Both the position numbers and the translations under genes were made by a program. Below the pieces are notes generated by a model that searched no databases, was not told where the DNA came from, and saw nothing but the letters and a program-made list of their open reading frames with translations. This document shows, one piece after another, positions 40,988 through 53,600 of a DNA stretch of 64,000 bases (position 1 is the first letter of the stretch; the number at the start of each line of letters is the position of its first letter). Source of the DNA: Octopus sinensis (Eukaryota); contig NC_043025.1 in assembly GCF_006345805.1 (NCBI RefSeq), forward strand, positions 1,364,001 through 1,428,000, given 5' to 3'.

Positions 40988-42398
40988 ATGCGAATAAAAA
41001 ACAATTATATAGAACGGCCTATCAAAAAGGTATACAATCGACTAAAAATTCTAAAGTGTGTCATGCGACTAAAAATCTAAATTAAAATATCAATCGACTA
41101 AAAATAGTTTTTTTTTTTACTCCCCTCAAACAAAAAAGTACGTCAAAAAAATTAATTTCGTAAAAAGCATGGCAGGATGGAGTCCAAGAGCAAAAAGAGT
41201 TCCACAAAATCAATTCAAACACATCAAGGGCCATTTCAGGAGTTCATTGTTGTGGTTCGATTACGAGTTAAAGAGCATCTCGGCAATGACCCCTCTCATC
41301 CGAAATTTGACTTTTTATTACCCATGAGGGGCCAACAAAGAGGAGACAAACAAAGCACATAGGGACAAGAAATGAGAGAAAAAAAAACGGAAAACGAACG
41401 ACAGCAAGATGAATATGAAAACTGTAATTCAGCTTTTCGTTCCCACCTCTGAGTGGCTTCATTTATACCTTTCTTCGATCTGAGATCCTGCAAAAATGTC
41501 AATCTTTTGTTTCCTTAGAATGTCCATATAGTCTAAGTAGCATGATGACTGACTTATGTCCATTTTTATCTTCCAGTATTGATATACATCCTTGCATTCC
41601 ATTATTTTTCCTAATTGCTCCTTGATTATCAGCAAGCAATTATACCACCTTTGTATATTGGTGTAGGAACTTGTACCTGCTGCAACTGTATCTTCCCACG
41701 CACTCAATTCATTGCAAACTTCCTCATTTGATTCCTCATCTAACATTACGTAATTACTTTTTTCCTTGGCCGGGGGAGGGGAAGTACGGGGTTCCTTCTT
41801 TTCCCTGCCATTTCTCATTCGTTGTTCATTCCATTATCTTCCTTTTCTTCTGTTGTTGCTGGTATCACGACTGTCCCCTTACTCACTGCTCTTTCTTGGG
41901 GGCCCTTCCTGGGGCTTTTTGTATGTGGGCAGAAGTAGTATTTCTTCCATTTTATGACAGGGTTGCCGAGTGTAGCCTAGCAAAGTAAAACAGCAAAATA
42001 TAACTCACATTAAACAGCCAAAAGAAACTCGACAAATTTATACTTTTATTACCCACAAGGGGCCACACAGAGGGGACAATACAAAATATGTGGGGAAAAG
42101 AAAGAAAGAAAAAAAAACAAAAAACGTATGACAGGAAGACCCTTTAAAACTAAATATTATTTACCACATCTAATATAACTTCTATATACTTTCAGAAAGT
42201 AGAAAAAAGAAACTTATGGTTTTTTATTACGAAATGAACTTTTTTGACGTACTTTTTTGTTTGAGGGGAGTAAAAAAAAATCTTTTTAGTCGATTGATAT
42301 TTTATTTAGATTTTTAGTCGCATGACACGCTTTAGAATTTTTAGTCGATTGTATACCTTTTTGATAGGCCGTTCTATATATTTGTTTTTTATTCGCAT
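40988..42398. mobile_element. 1.4-kb element with about 160-180 bp terminal inverted repeats (unclassified, foldback/MITE-like)
   Basis: 40988-41150 is the reverse complement of about 42239-42398, with three CGACTAAAAA subrepeats per arm. Confidence 0.75.
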
Positions 42399-44008
42399 AA
42401 ATATTTTTTACCTCCTGTGTTTTTTTTTATACTTTATACGTTTAAGAGCCATAGTAATATTTATATATGATCAAAAGTTTTTGGAGGTTTGGTGTTGTAT
42501 ATAAAGTCGTTGACTCGAATTTGATGTTTGGTCTTTGATCAATGTTTTTTGGCCTCAATTACATTTGAACGCTTCTTTTTGCAGTCTTATAAAGTCTTTT
42601 GTCTCCATAAAAAGAGACAAAAATTATTTCTTGCCGTATATATATGTATGTGTGTGTGTATATATACATACGTATACACACACGCACACACACACACACA
42701 CACATATATATACATACATATATACACAGATATACACATATATATATATACATGCACGTATGTAATGTACACTCTATACAGTCTTGATTTCAATCTGCAG
42801 TACAATAGTCTTTCTAAGAGTTCCTGGTCAATAATCAATACTTACAATATCAACTTCAAACTCTACTTCACAATATCACTATCAATTGCTACACATTCTA
42901 ACTATTCTAACTATTGTATTGAATAACTTTACAATTCCATTTGAACTCTTACTATTCAATGATGTTCCCTTTAATAGATATTGGATTGTCTTGCCGAAGA
43001 AAAACCTCGGTACACACAGCTAAAAACATTAAATCAAAGTTACCAGCCACGTATCATATGAAATGTATATACACTGTTAGAAGACGTGGTGCTGTGGAAT
43101 TGTGTGAGATAAAATCTCCAGCCCTGAAAGCTTCCGTAATACAGTGAACGTTTTATACACTGTTTCCTATACATCATGAGGCAAATTCCATTGAAGCAGG
43201 TAGTGATCAGTTGCCTTACATTGATAAACCTTTAGAAACACGAAACACATCTATCAAGAATCACTGTAGCAATGTTGCTCTGATGTATATTATGCTTTGA
43301 AAACAAGTCTATGAAGAGATATTTATCTCAGACAATACCACAGCATCATGACTTCAAGCATTGTGTAGACATTTAGTATGAATCACAGTTGGTAATCGGA
43401 ATGGATTGGATATTAAACATCCCGTCTTGTTGACTCGGTCCAATTTTCTCTACAACATTAATTATCTAAGTTAATGTATTCTAGGAAATAGGAAAATATC
43501 AGAAGACCAGTAAAGAGACAGATTGGGGTGCATCGTGTATTGTAGTGGTGGTTGTCGTGGTAGTGGTACCTGACATTATTCAGTTTCGCACTAGATACTT
43601 CCTTAAATTAGTGCTATAGTGGTGAATACGAATAAACCCAGCTATTTTATGAGCCCCATTTTAATTAATATTAATTAATAAAGCGACATCAAATGTATAC
43701 ATAAGAAATTATAATTCTTCTTTATCAAACTTGATCTGCTAATCACGTGTTCACTCTTGTTCAAGTCCCCTAAAACTTACTATAGTAAGGGATAAAGGTA
43801 GATCCGGCTGAACCCGATTTGTTTAGGACATCTTAATGGATTTATCATGTCTCTAAGACACAGTCATAACAAGTTCTATTGAGGGACCATATAGAATTTT
43901 TAATCTGTTTAATCAAGTGCCCAGTAAAAGAAAGTAATGATACATTGATATCCACCCGAATTTTGATGTAACTTTTTAATCTTTCTTTTTCTTTTTATCT
44001 CTATAAAG

Positions 44009-44218
44009 CCTGATGTGGAAGTGAATACCAAGAACATAAAAGAAACGACACCATTGTTTGATGCTGTTTCCCTTAGTCACTTTGGAATACTTCAGAAGCT
44101 AGTTTCACATGGAGCAGAATTAGACGCTCTTGATGCTGATGGTAACAACTGTCTTCACCTCGCCGTGAAGAAAGATAAGTTCCATTCTGAGGAGGAGACT
44201 GGAGAGCATTTAGACTAT
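44009..44218 (+). CDS. Ankyrin gene exon C
   Basis: Pyrimidine tract and AAG acceptor, GTAAGT donor, 70 codons: TTPLFDAV...GAELDALDADGNNCLHLAV. Confidence 0.88.
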
Positions 44219-44599
44219 GTAAGTCTTACAACCGTTTATAAATATTTGAGTGACAAACAGAAAGATATTACTTGTCGCAATTCACACCCATCAATCCCCC
44301 CCCATTGTCATAAAGTAATCCAGTCACTCTTGATAACCCGACTTATATTATGTGACTAACAATATTCTATTTCCTTCCTTTCTCAAAGACAACGCTCTTC
44401 CACCGTAGTAAAGGTAACCCATCTGGGATGTTAATCATATAAACACAGCCATCACAGTGTGAAGGGAAGGTGACCTATTGAAGAGAGTAAATGTTATTCT
44501 CAAATAACAATAATACAAGGTATAGGAGAGGTCTGTATGATAACCTTTATAGTGCTGGGGCCATCATACATCCAGTCTATTCAATGAAGAATTCTGAAT

Positions 44600-47070
44600 G
44601 AACATCTCTCTGTCATACGTCTTGTACACGACGTATATACATTGACCTGTTGAATGTTAGAACACAAGAGAATGGATACAATGAAGTAAGGTCCTTAGTA
44701 TGTTTTCCTTTACTATGGACGGTCCTTGGTGACAGCCTTCCAGGTACTTGGGTCAATGGAGCAGCGTAAGGGAGTGGCCTTGAGTTGACCTCGGAAATGG
44801 AATTTGGAGGCTTCGCATGCTCTGTTGCCTGATGCCAACTCCACAAAAAATATTTGATGTGGCCGACTAGCGGAGGTGGTATCAAGTTATCATAGCATCA
44901 ATACAGGGTAGTCTGACTCGGAACAGAATTTCCTCTTTATTGGTAATGTAGTCTTTCCATTGACTCCCCATAATTGCGTGAAATTTTATTTGTGCGGTTC
45001 GAAACGCTCGACTTTCATCAAGCCATATGATACAGCACCCACCTCTCACAGCCGTAGAGGGGTGTGGGAAGATCAGAATACCATGGTTTTCATTTGGATG
45101 GGGAGGTCGTGGTTTAGTAAGACTCATTTTGAAAATTTTCCAAAAGAAGTAGGGGTTTCGTTGACCTTGTTTGTCTTTCTTATTTGTCTAGGCAGGTAGC
45201 TTCCAAGATATAAGAAATTCTCCACGACTTTCAAGGCAGTAACATGTAGCTTTAAGACACCAAAATCAGGAGGTAGGTGGGCCAGACCCTCCCTGTACAA
45301 AGATCTTCGTCTTCTTTACATTTGTGCTCAGATCAATGCCGGTACACAAATTTTCCTAGACGTTCACAGCTTTCTGAAGATCAAAAAGGAAGTGCACGAA
45401 TGTGCATATTGTCATCAACGCGCTGCAGCTCATGTACTTTGGCCAAGGTGGAAATGTCGACGAGCTCTAAACCGTCGGTGTTGAAAAGCACTTCATCTAT
45501 TCTGTAACGGATATCTGCACCAGGAGCCATATTAGGGGTTTCATGAATCATAGCATTAGGGTAGAGGGAAAACAGAGTAAGAATGAGAATGCATCATTGC
45601 TTCAGGCCAGTCGTAATTGGGATGGAACTGGCGAGAGCGTTCTTGGCGATGATTCGGCCAGACTTTCCGTCATATAGAGTGTGAATGAGGCGCACAAATT
45701 AATTGGGAGAAACATAACGCTTCAGAGTGACCCCTATTGTAGGTCTCAGTATGTTGCCGAAAGCCTTCTCTAAGTCCCAGAACACAAAGAATTGGCTTTC
45801 TCTGCTCGAGTGTCTTTTCTTGGAGAAGCTAAGTACAAAAGACCATGTCGATGGTACCCTGGGTAGGGCAGAAGCCTTACTGTGACTCTGGAAGAACATT
45901 CTCAACAACGACCACTAATCTAACAGGATCCTGGCGAAGATATTTCCAGCAATACTGAGAATAGGAGATACCGAGATAGTTTCCACAAATTGTCCGGTCA
46001 CCCTTCTTGAAGACTGTAATGATGGTCTGGTCTTTACAGGTCCGCAAGAATAGCCTCCATCTCCCACAGGCTTTGGATAACCATATACATCTTAGTCTTC
46101 AAGATTTGAACACCATGAGACAGGAGCCCCAGAGATATGTTGTCAGGACCAGGTGCTTTCCATGTCTTCATACGTTTTAGTGCCTTTTCAAACCCAGGGT
46201 AGTGACATCCAGTGTCGTGTCGGATATTGGGGGACATTATGGAGCAAGTCAATCACTGGGGCAGATGACCGATGGAGGCGTATTTGAAAATGTTTCTTCC
46301 ATCGTTCAAAGATATTTTGAGTGACTGCAAGGGAGGTTTAAGGCATCAGCCGATTTGAGTATATTTGTTATTCTGCAAAAGGACCAAAAGTTTCCTTTGT
46401 CACAGCATAAAAATATGTAAGGTCCCTGCTGTCCGTGAATGACTATCTCCCTTGTTTTTGCTCGACACCAGAGATTCTGGAGTTCATAGATCCTATTCCG
46501 GTATTTCTGCTTGGCCTCTTGGAAGCATTGCAAGTGGGGGAGCATATGAAATTCTCCCACGCCAGATAAGAGGTTCTTTTCTGGTTGATTAGCTTGGTAA
46601 TCCGGTCACCATTTTGGTCAAACCTGAATAGGCCAAGCCAGTTACATCCTACAGCTGCCGATAAAATCAACCTTTACGTAGGAGCCGACATCATGTGGAT
46701 CCGGATTAGGGGTTCGCAGCTGACCCAGCCTTCTCCTGTTGCCCGGATTACTATCGCTACTTAGGGAAGGAAGCGAAGAGACTCATTGTTCAAGCCACAG
46801 AGGGCTTTCCTGTGATTTTGTTCAGGGTGGACCATGTATTGTGATCATAAGGTCCACTCGCCTGGTCACTCGCCTTCACCAGTGGCACCACTGGGATTGG
46901 TGACATATTGGATCTGGTTAGAGTCGTTGCAGCAGGCTGCTGGATATCTCGGATATAATTGAAATCTGCCTTGTTCATGCTAGCCTACATAGTAGCGATG
47001 GTTTTCTATCAGAATTTCCTTCACCGAGACGGACTGCCTTCCAGGCTGATGAGCTCCATCTACCCGAAAC
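44600..47070 (-). mobile_element. Degenerate RTE (BovB-like) LINE including 5' UTR
   Basis: KAPGPD and DLEKAF motifs; RTE-like 5' UTR GGGTAGATGGAGCTCATCAGCCTGG near 47065. Confidence 0.75.
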
Positions 47071-47278
47071 AACACATGCAAGTTAACCCATAGTTGGGGG
47101 CCTAACAGCTGCTACTACTCTGGGCAGATTAGACCTGGGGACACTGGTGGTTAACAGATGGTTCCACACTCCTCGAAACTCTGGAATTCTTGTACCAAGG
47201 CCCCACTACCAGAAGCAGTTTAAATCTTTCACCAAGACATACAATTAGTGATGATAATTACATATATAAATATATATA

Positions 47279-49270
47279 CTAGCTGATGTACTCGGAGTTT
47301 CCTAGAAAAGCGGGGCTTATCCTTGGTTCTATTTGCATAATTGTTTTGCTAATCCAATAATAAGAATACAAAATATGTAGCCCTTAAAACGGTTTTTGTT
47401 TATTTACAGAGAATATCGAACTGTCTTACATAGGATCTTGTTTTTAGGAAATCACAATAAGTTATGAATACCCAAATCGTGAAGTCAGTTACATTGTAAC
47501 ATGGAATTAGTTACCCGATTGTAAGAATTCAATTATAACTTAGCCCCGACAAGGGCTTTATTGCATTGCTAGAGTATACAAAACTTTGGAGGAAATACCA
47601 GTAAGTTATGTATACCAAAATCGTGAAGCATGTTACGTAATAACAAGCTGATCGGATATGAGATGCTAACAATTCAAAGCAAATAACTCTGAAGAGAGTT
47701 TTTGTGCATTCCCAGTGAATATAACCCTTAGATGATACCTTCAGATGATATCTGAAGTAAGTGAGCAAGCCGGGGCCTGAGACAAAGGATCCTATTGCGA
47801 CTCCTTCCATTCTTGTACGCCACATGCATTCTTTTACTACTGCAACCGTGCAATGAAAACATGCCTCACCTTCCTTCTAGAGTCCAGTTGGCGGTATCAT
47901 CTTAATCATAGACTCAGCCGAGAGCTGTACTCGTCCCAGATGCTATAACACGTGTTCTGCGTAACTTATCAAGTCTGACAACTGCCGACAGTTAGTGTTG
48001 AAATAGATTTAAAATGGATGTAGAAACAGACTGACATTTAGTTTTACAGTAGACATACAAATAACTTTTCATTTTAAAATAAAATAACATGTAGATTATC
48101 AATTCATTTATAAAACTTACAAATATTACAGTAAAATAATAAATACCTGATAATTTGGTGAATCTTATTAAGTTTTTTTTAAAGTTTTTTTAAGTTTCAG
48201 CTCAGAGCTGCGGCCATGAGCTTCTTGATAATCAACATTTTTGGTCTTTCCTTGTGGGGCATAAATAAACAAATAATTAGGATTTCCAACTCTTGAGGAT
48301 CCCACATAAAGTTGTCCATGTTCAGACCTACCACATCTAAGGACTCCCCCTGGGTCTTGTTAATGGTCATTGCAAAGCTCAGTTTCAACGGGAATTGCAG
48401 GTGCTTGTACTGGAAAGGTATATCCGAGAGAATCAGTGGAATTCTAGGAATGAATACAGGCTCACCGCTTGCTTTATCAGTCAAAATTGTTGTCTCCAAG
48501 ACTGTTGGCATCATCTTCTGTATTATAAGTCGTGTGCCATTGCAAAGCTTTGGTGGATTGAGGTTTCGATGGAGCATAACTAGTGCCCCAATCTTGAGGT
48601 GAAAGTTGTGAGGCGGGAGGCCGGGTGGTATTAGACTATTCAAGAATTCAACTGGATAATTCACAGCTTCATCGATGTTGAATACAGCGTCAATGGAATT
48701 GAAGATGTGACACTCACCTGGCAACTGTTCCAGAAGTTTGATGTTCAAATCATCAACTGCCACATTCTTTGGAACTAAAATGGCACGGGTTTTCAGCCAG
48801 TTGTGGTCTGTAAAGTGATTCCTTTGATGTGGAAACACCTTATTCATTAGTTCCTTTAAAGCAGATACCATATGTCCAAAAGGCAAGCTTGCCCAACCAT
48901 CCTTCTCGCCAACCGAAGTACCATTACCAAGGTCCAACAGTTGCTTTGAAAAAGTCATGTCTGCATCATCACCATTCAGCTGGTTGTGAGTCTCAACGTT
49001 TGCACACTGCTCCATAGGGAGGGCAACTTTATGCTAGCATTTACATCATCAGCTCTTGTTCCCTATGGAACCACGGGCAAAGTTTGTCTAAATTCTCTTG
49101 CAAGCAAGATTGCGGCACCTCCCATGAGCCTGGTATTGTGTCTCAGGTCTTGAAGGGAAACCTTATGGATCATTGTTGCTTCATCCCAGATGATGAACCT
49201 GCATTTAGCCAGAAGTTTGCCTTTTATAGAACCACGACTGATGTTTCAGTTTGCCTTCTCTTTCTTGAAC
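47279..49270 (-). mobile_element. Helitron 3' portion with Pif1 helicase remnant
   Basis: ORF 48197-49015 has RAILVPKN, YPVEFLNSL, LCNGTRL and FAMTINKTQG. Minus-strand terminus ...GTACATCAGCTAG|T at 47279. Confidence 0.85.
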
Positions 49271-49289
49271 AGGTCTAAAATGAGTTTGA

Positions 49290-49470
49290 GACAGGAATGA
49301 GAATGCAAGTTCTATCTGTAGTCTCGGGTGGTGGGGACCGAAAATGTAACAAATATTTGGCCACGCATGGACATGGACCGAAAAGTTCAGTTCTGGAATT
49401 CAGACATGAAGCCGGGTCTAAGCTGCTATTCCAGATGAGCCGTCTTTCTATATTACATAGACCGTGTGTA
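49290..49470 (-). mobile_element. Naiad-type GIY-YIG C-terminal remnant
   Basis: LCNIERRLI...LNSRTELFGPCP matches the CxLC-xE...LN-R-E...C pattern of ORF 10975-11541. Confidence 0.55.
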
Positions 49471-49786
49471 TGGGCGTTTATGGTGCGAGCGTGTGTGTGT
49501 GCGGGTTTGTATGTATGTATATACATATACATTTGACGAAAGATGTGATTGAAAATGTATACGTTTTCAAGTGAGGGTGAAGGAATGTATACTTTAGGCG
49601 CACGCTCATAGGTGTGCGGGCGCACATGTGTAGGTATGAACAGGCATGCTTACGCGAATACTATGAACTTTTTTACCCCCTTACTTAGAAGTCATTTGAA
49701 TAGCTCTTTTGTCTTAATAACAGTCAATCCCACAGTAATTTCCCTTTGTTTAACGGTCATTTTTCATAGCATTTTTCCGATGGCCA

Positions 49787-49847
49787 GATAACTGAAGAGA
49801 TGGCGGTGTGGATTTCCACCTTGGTATCCGAAACTCGGAGTTTTATC
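49787..49847 (+). ncRNA. Type I hammerhead ribozyme, GUU site
   Basis: GATAA-CTGAAGA-GAT...GGTG..CACC...ATCC-GAAAC-TCGGA-GTT-TTATC. Confidence 0.72.
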
Positions 49848-49896
49848 ATGGCTACCGAATAATTGTTTCATATTACATTTACAGATATATATATAT

Positions 49897-50414
49897 CTGG
49901 CTGCTATTTCTAGTGGGTCGAACGGCCTATTGTAGCCGTTCCTCAATTGTTGTTGAATTTATTAATAGTCTCTGACTATTTCCTCTTTCTCACTAGACCG
50001 CTGGTGGCAAAATAATTTCTATTGAATTTTTTGCTACCCTAAATTGATTAATTGATAATTTTCTGATTAATTCCGAAATTGAATCGGCAGTTTATATTTG
50101 GCGCGAGTACGATGATTTTGAAAATTTTAGGTCAGATATTACCGAGGCATGAAGGTAGCTGCCTCGTGTAATTTCTGTCCCTTCTGGCTCCTTTACTGAT
50201 GAGCGCGTTGGCCTTTTGGAAGATTGACTTGATTAAGTTTAATTTAATTTAATCAGGCTGGTTTACCATTAAAAAACGCCGAAACAATGCATTGTCTAAA
50301 GAAAAACAAGGTAAATGCTCTGATTTCGGAATTACTACTATTTGCGGTTGGAGCCCTGGCTGCTATTTCTAGTGGGTCGAACGGCCTATTGTAGCCGCTC
50401 CTCAATTGTTGTTG
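49897..50414 (+). mobile_element. Retrozyme-like unit: 459-bp period, 59-bp terminal direct repeat, one HHR, flanked by (TA)n
   Basis: 49897-49955 matches 50356-50414 with one mismatch; no credible ORF. Confidence 0.72.
50191..50301 (+). ncRNA. Type I hammerhead ribozyme, intact core, GUC site, extended stem II
   Basis: CTTTA-CTGATGA-GCGCGTT...AACGCC-GAAAC-AATGCATT-GTC-TAAAG. Stem III is palindromic. Confidence 0.82.
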
Positions 50415-50593
50415 TATATATATATATATATAAGTATAATAGCCATCTCAAAATGGCTAACCACAAAGGGGGGTGTTACTGTAGCTTTTTAGTCCCAGAA
50501 GATCAACATCTCCAGCTGGTTTTAGACACAATTTCTGTGCCCTTCAGGTATTTGCAAAGGGAGGCCATCCCTTTATTGTAAGCCTAAGTGATA

Positions 50594-50639
50594 CGCACCG
50601 GACCGCGGTTTCGAGATTATTGTCTCTTATCAACGGGCG
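50594..50639 (-). ncRNA. Type I hammerhead with compensatory U3-A8 core
   Basis: Minus strand CGCCCG-TTGATAA-GAGA(CAATAA)TCTC-GAAAC-CGCG-GTC-CGGTGCG. Confidence 0.75.
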
Positions 50640-50658
50640 GTAATCACCAGATCACGAT

Positions 50659-53600
50659 TAATTCTTTATTACGATTATAAAATCAGTACATAGAAGAACA
50701 ATACAGGACATACATACAAAAAACAGTTAAGTGGTTCGTTTAAAAATTTCCAAAATATATGGATTATTCATTATACAAAAAACTGTATTTAATTGTCGTT
50801 TGCATTGACTAATATAACATTGCATTAGATTGAAATCTTACCGATATATTTTAAAGCCCGGCAACCTATAAGGCCCCGCAGGCTTCCTTTCCTCTTCTCC
50901 ATCCATAGTTAAACTGGGTTTCTGACACCCACCTTTTTCTCCACTTCCTTCCATCTTTTTTCCTACACACCTCGTGGTAAGGTCTTCTTTTCTAGCCCCA
51001 TTTTGCTCTTCAGATGATATCTGAAGTAAGTGAGCAAGCCGGGGCCTGAGACAAAGGATCCTATTGCGACTCCTTCCATTCTTGTACGCCACATGCATTC
51101 TTTTACTACTGCAACCGTGCAGTGAAAACATGCCTCGCCTTCCTTCTAGAGTCCAGTTGGCGGTATCATCTTAATCATAGACTCAGCCGACAGCTGTACT
51201 CGTCCCAGATGCGATAACACGTGTTCTGCGTAACTTATCAAGTCTGACAACTGCCGACAATGTACAAAAGCGTGCTGGACGGTTTCATCGTCCAACCCGC
51301 ATCTTGGACATGTCGGTGGCACTGAAATTCCGTGCCGCGATAACTTCTCGCGAACAGGTAAAGCATTCCTATAACATTGCCAGGCCAGGGATCTTTGGAA
51401 ATTATCCAAATACCCAGTCCTGAAAGTCTTTTTAAACAGGTTGGTAAGCTGGTCTTCGTCAAACCCCAGAGCCCCTCTAGGACGTCGTCGTTCTTTGCCT
51501 CTACCAGCCTGCTATAAAATACCGAGGTGGTATTTCCGCAGCCGGCCTTGCCCGCCTTGTGGATCACCGTGAGTGCCTGTCGGCACTCCTTTTGCCATAA
51601 AGTCAGATTCCGTCTTTTGATGCAACCGGGTTTAAAATTCACTAAGGAAGCCGGTCTCGGGAAAAATTCCCCTGCCAGCGGACTCCACACCTTATCACCC
51701 TCCAGGTGGTGCCAGAGATGCTTCAGCCTCAACGCATGTCTGCGCATCATCAACCAAGGCATTCCTAACCCACCCTTTAACGGTTCCTGGCAGCAAACGG
51801 AGCGCCTCACAAGTGGCTTTCCTCCCTTCCACAAAAAGCGGAAAAGGATTCGCTCCAACTTGCTAAGCCATGAATCGGGGCAAGGGACAACGGTCAGGCG
51901 GTAAGTGATTACAGATGCAATGAACACCTGTACCACCTCCGCCCTTCCTTTCAAGGACAGAAACCTTCCGGACCAGGTCCGTACTATGGCCTCCACCTTG
52001 CCCGTCACCTCACTCCAATTCCTCTCCGTTTGGGAGTCTGGCTCAAACAAAACTCCTAGCAACTTAAAAGGACCATCTGTCCAGTGTCCCACGGCACTGG
52101 ACGATATCGACTTGCTCCTCCAGGTGCCGAGGCGTAAGCCAATCGACTTGTCCTTGTTAACTTTTGCTCCTGCCACCGCCTCGTATCCTCTGATAGCATC
52201 TTCTACACAAGGTAGCTGAGCCTCATTGGACACGATGAGGGTGACGTCATCCGCATAAGCAGAAACCGTCCTCCCGCCTCCGATCTCATCCGGGTTACTT
52301 CCCAGCCTCTCCAAATTTCGCAGCCATGGCTCGAGAGCCAACACGTACAAAAGTGGTGACAAGGGGCACCCTCGACGAACTGAACATTCGATCGAAAACG
52401 GTTCCGTTAGGTAACCGTTTATCTGGACGGTGGACTTGATGCCGCTATACATAGCGGAGATCCACCCGCGAAATTCAGGGCCCAGTCCAGCCGCTTCGGG
52501 ACTGTCGCCAGGTACTTATGGTCTACCCTATCGAATGCTTTACTTTGGTCTAAATGGACCATTACCCCGCCCTTGCCGGTTAATTTACCCACCCTATCTC
52601 AGGTGTAGCGTATAAGGTGAAGATTGTCCTGGATCGACCTGCCTGGAATTGCACATGTCTGTGCTTTCCCTACAAGTTTCTCCACGACAGTCGTCAACCT
52701 TTTTGCCAACACCTTGGCCAAAATCTTTAACGCTACATTAAGTAGAGTTATGGGCCTGTAATTACTAATGTTATCCCCCTTGCTCGGGTCTTTCTGGATT
52801 AGCGTCACCACTCCCCGGCTTACAGAACTGGGAATTCTCCCGTTCTGCTGTCAGTTCGCGTAGACGCCTGCCAGTATTCCCCCGAACAAGTCCGGCATAC
52901 TTTGGTAAAACTCGTAGGGCAGACCATCCAACCCCGGTAACTTCTCCCCGGCGCATCCGGCCAGTACCCCCTCTATCTCCGCGGTAGTGATCGCTCATTC
53001 ACAGCACTCCACCTCACGCCCCGAGAGCCGCGGTCCGCCGGCTAGGAAGTCCTTTAAGACCCTCCCCCGCTCCAGCGACCCACACCTCCCGAACGCGCGG
53101 GCGAAATGCTGGTGAAGAAACTTTTGCATCTCCTCCTGTCCATAGATCTTGTGTCCCTGTTCGTCAGTTAAAGACTTAATTGAAGCTTTGTTACCTCTCT
53201 GACTCTCCACTCGACGGGCCCATCCGGCAACGTTAATACCTTCTCGTTTCCCTGCGCGTAGCTTAGCTCTAACGTGTTTGGAGTTAAGGTGACGGTACAA
53301 TACCGTCCTTGCCGCCATCACTCCGGATGCAGAGCCAGATTCCATTGCCTCGTTTAGATTCTTAACTAAATCGTCCTCTATCCTAGACCTATCTAACCAT
53401 AGCTGATTGCTAAATCTAATGGACTCTGAACGAATGGCTCTTTTGAGGGAGTGCCACCATCTATTGTTAATGATGGTGCCACATAATGCCCTCTGTACTA
53501 ACACCTTAATCCGGGTACGGAAGTCTTCACAATTCAAAATAGACTTGTTCAGCTTCCAGTACCCGGGTCCCTGTCTATGGCACTTATCTAATTGCACCCT

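Noticed and set aside
47043-47075. CTGATGA...CGAAAC on the plus strand, resembling a hammerhead
   Set aside because: No credible stem I, II or III; it is the antisense of an RTE 5' UTR.
47455-47640. Spaced repeats of about 30 bp (GTTATG-ATACC-AAATCGTGAAG), superficially CRISPR-like
   Set aside because: Only two imperfect copies inside a Helitron 3' region in eukaryotic DNA, with no cas genes.
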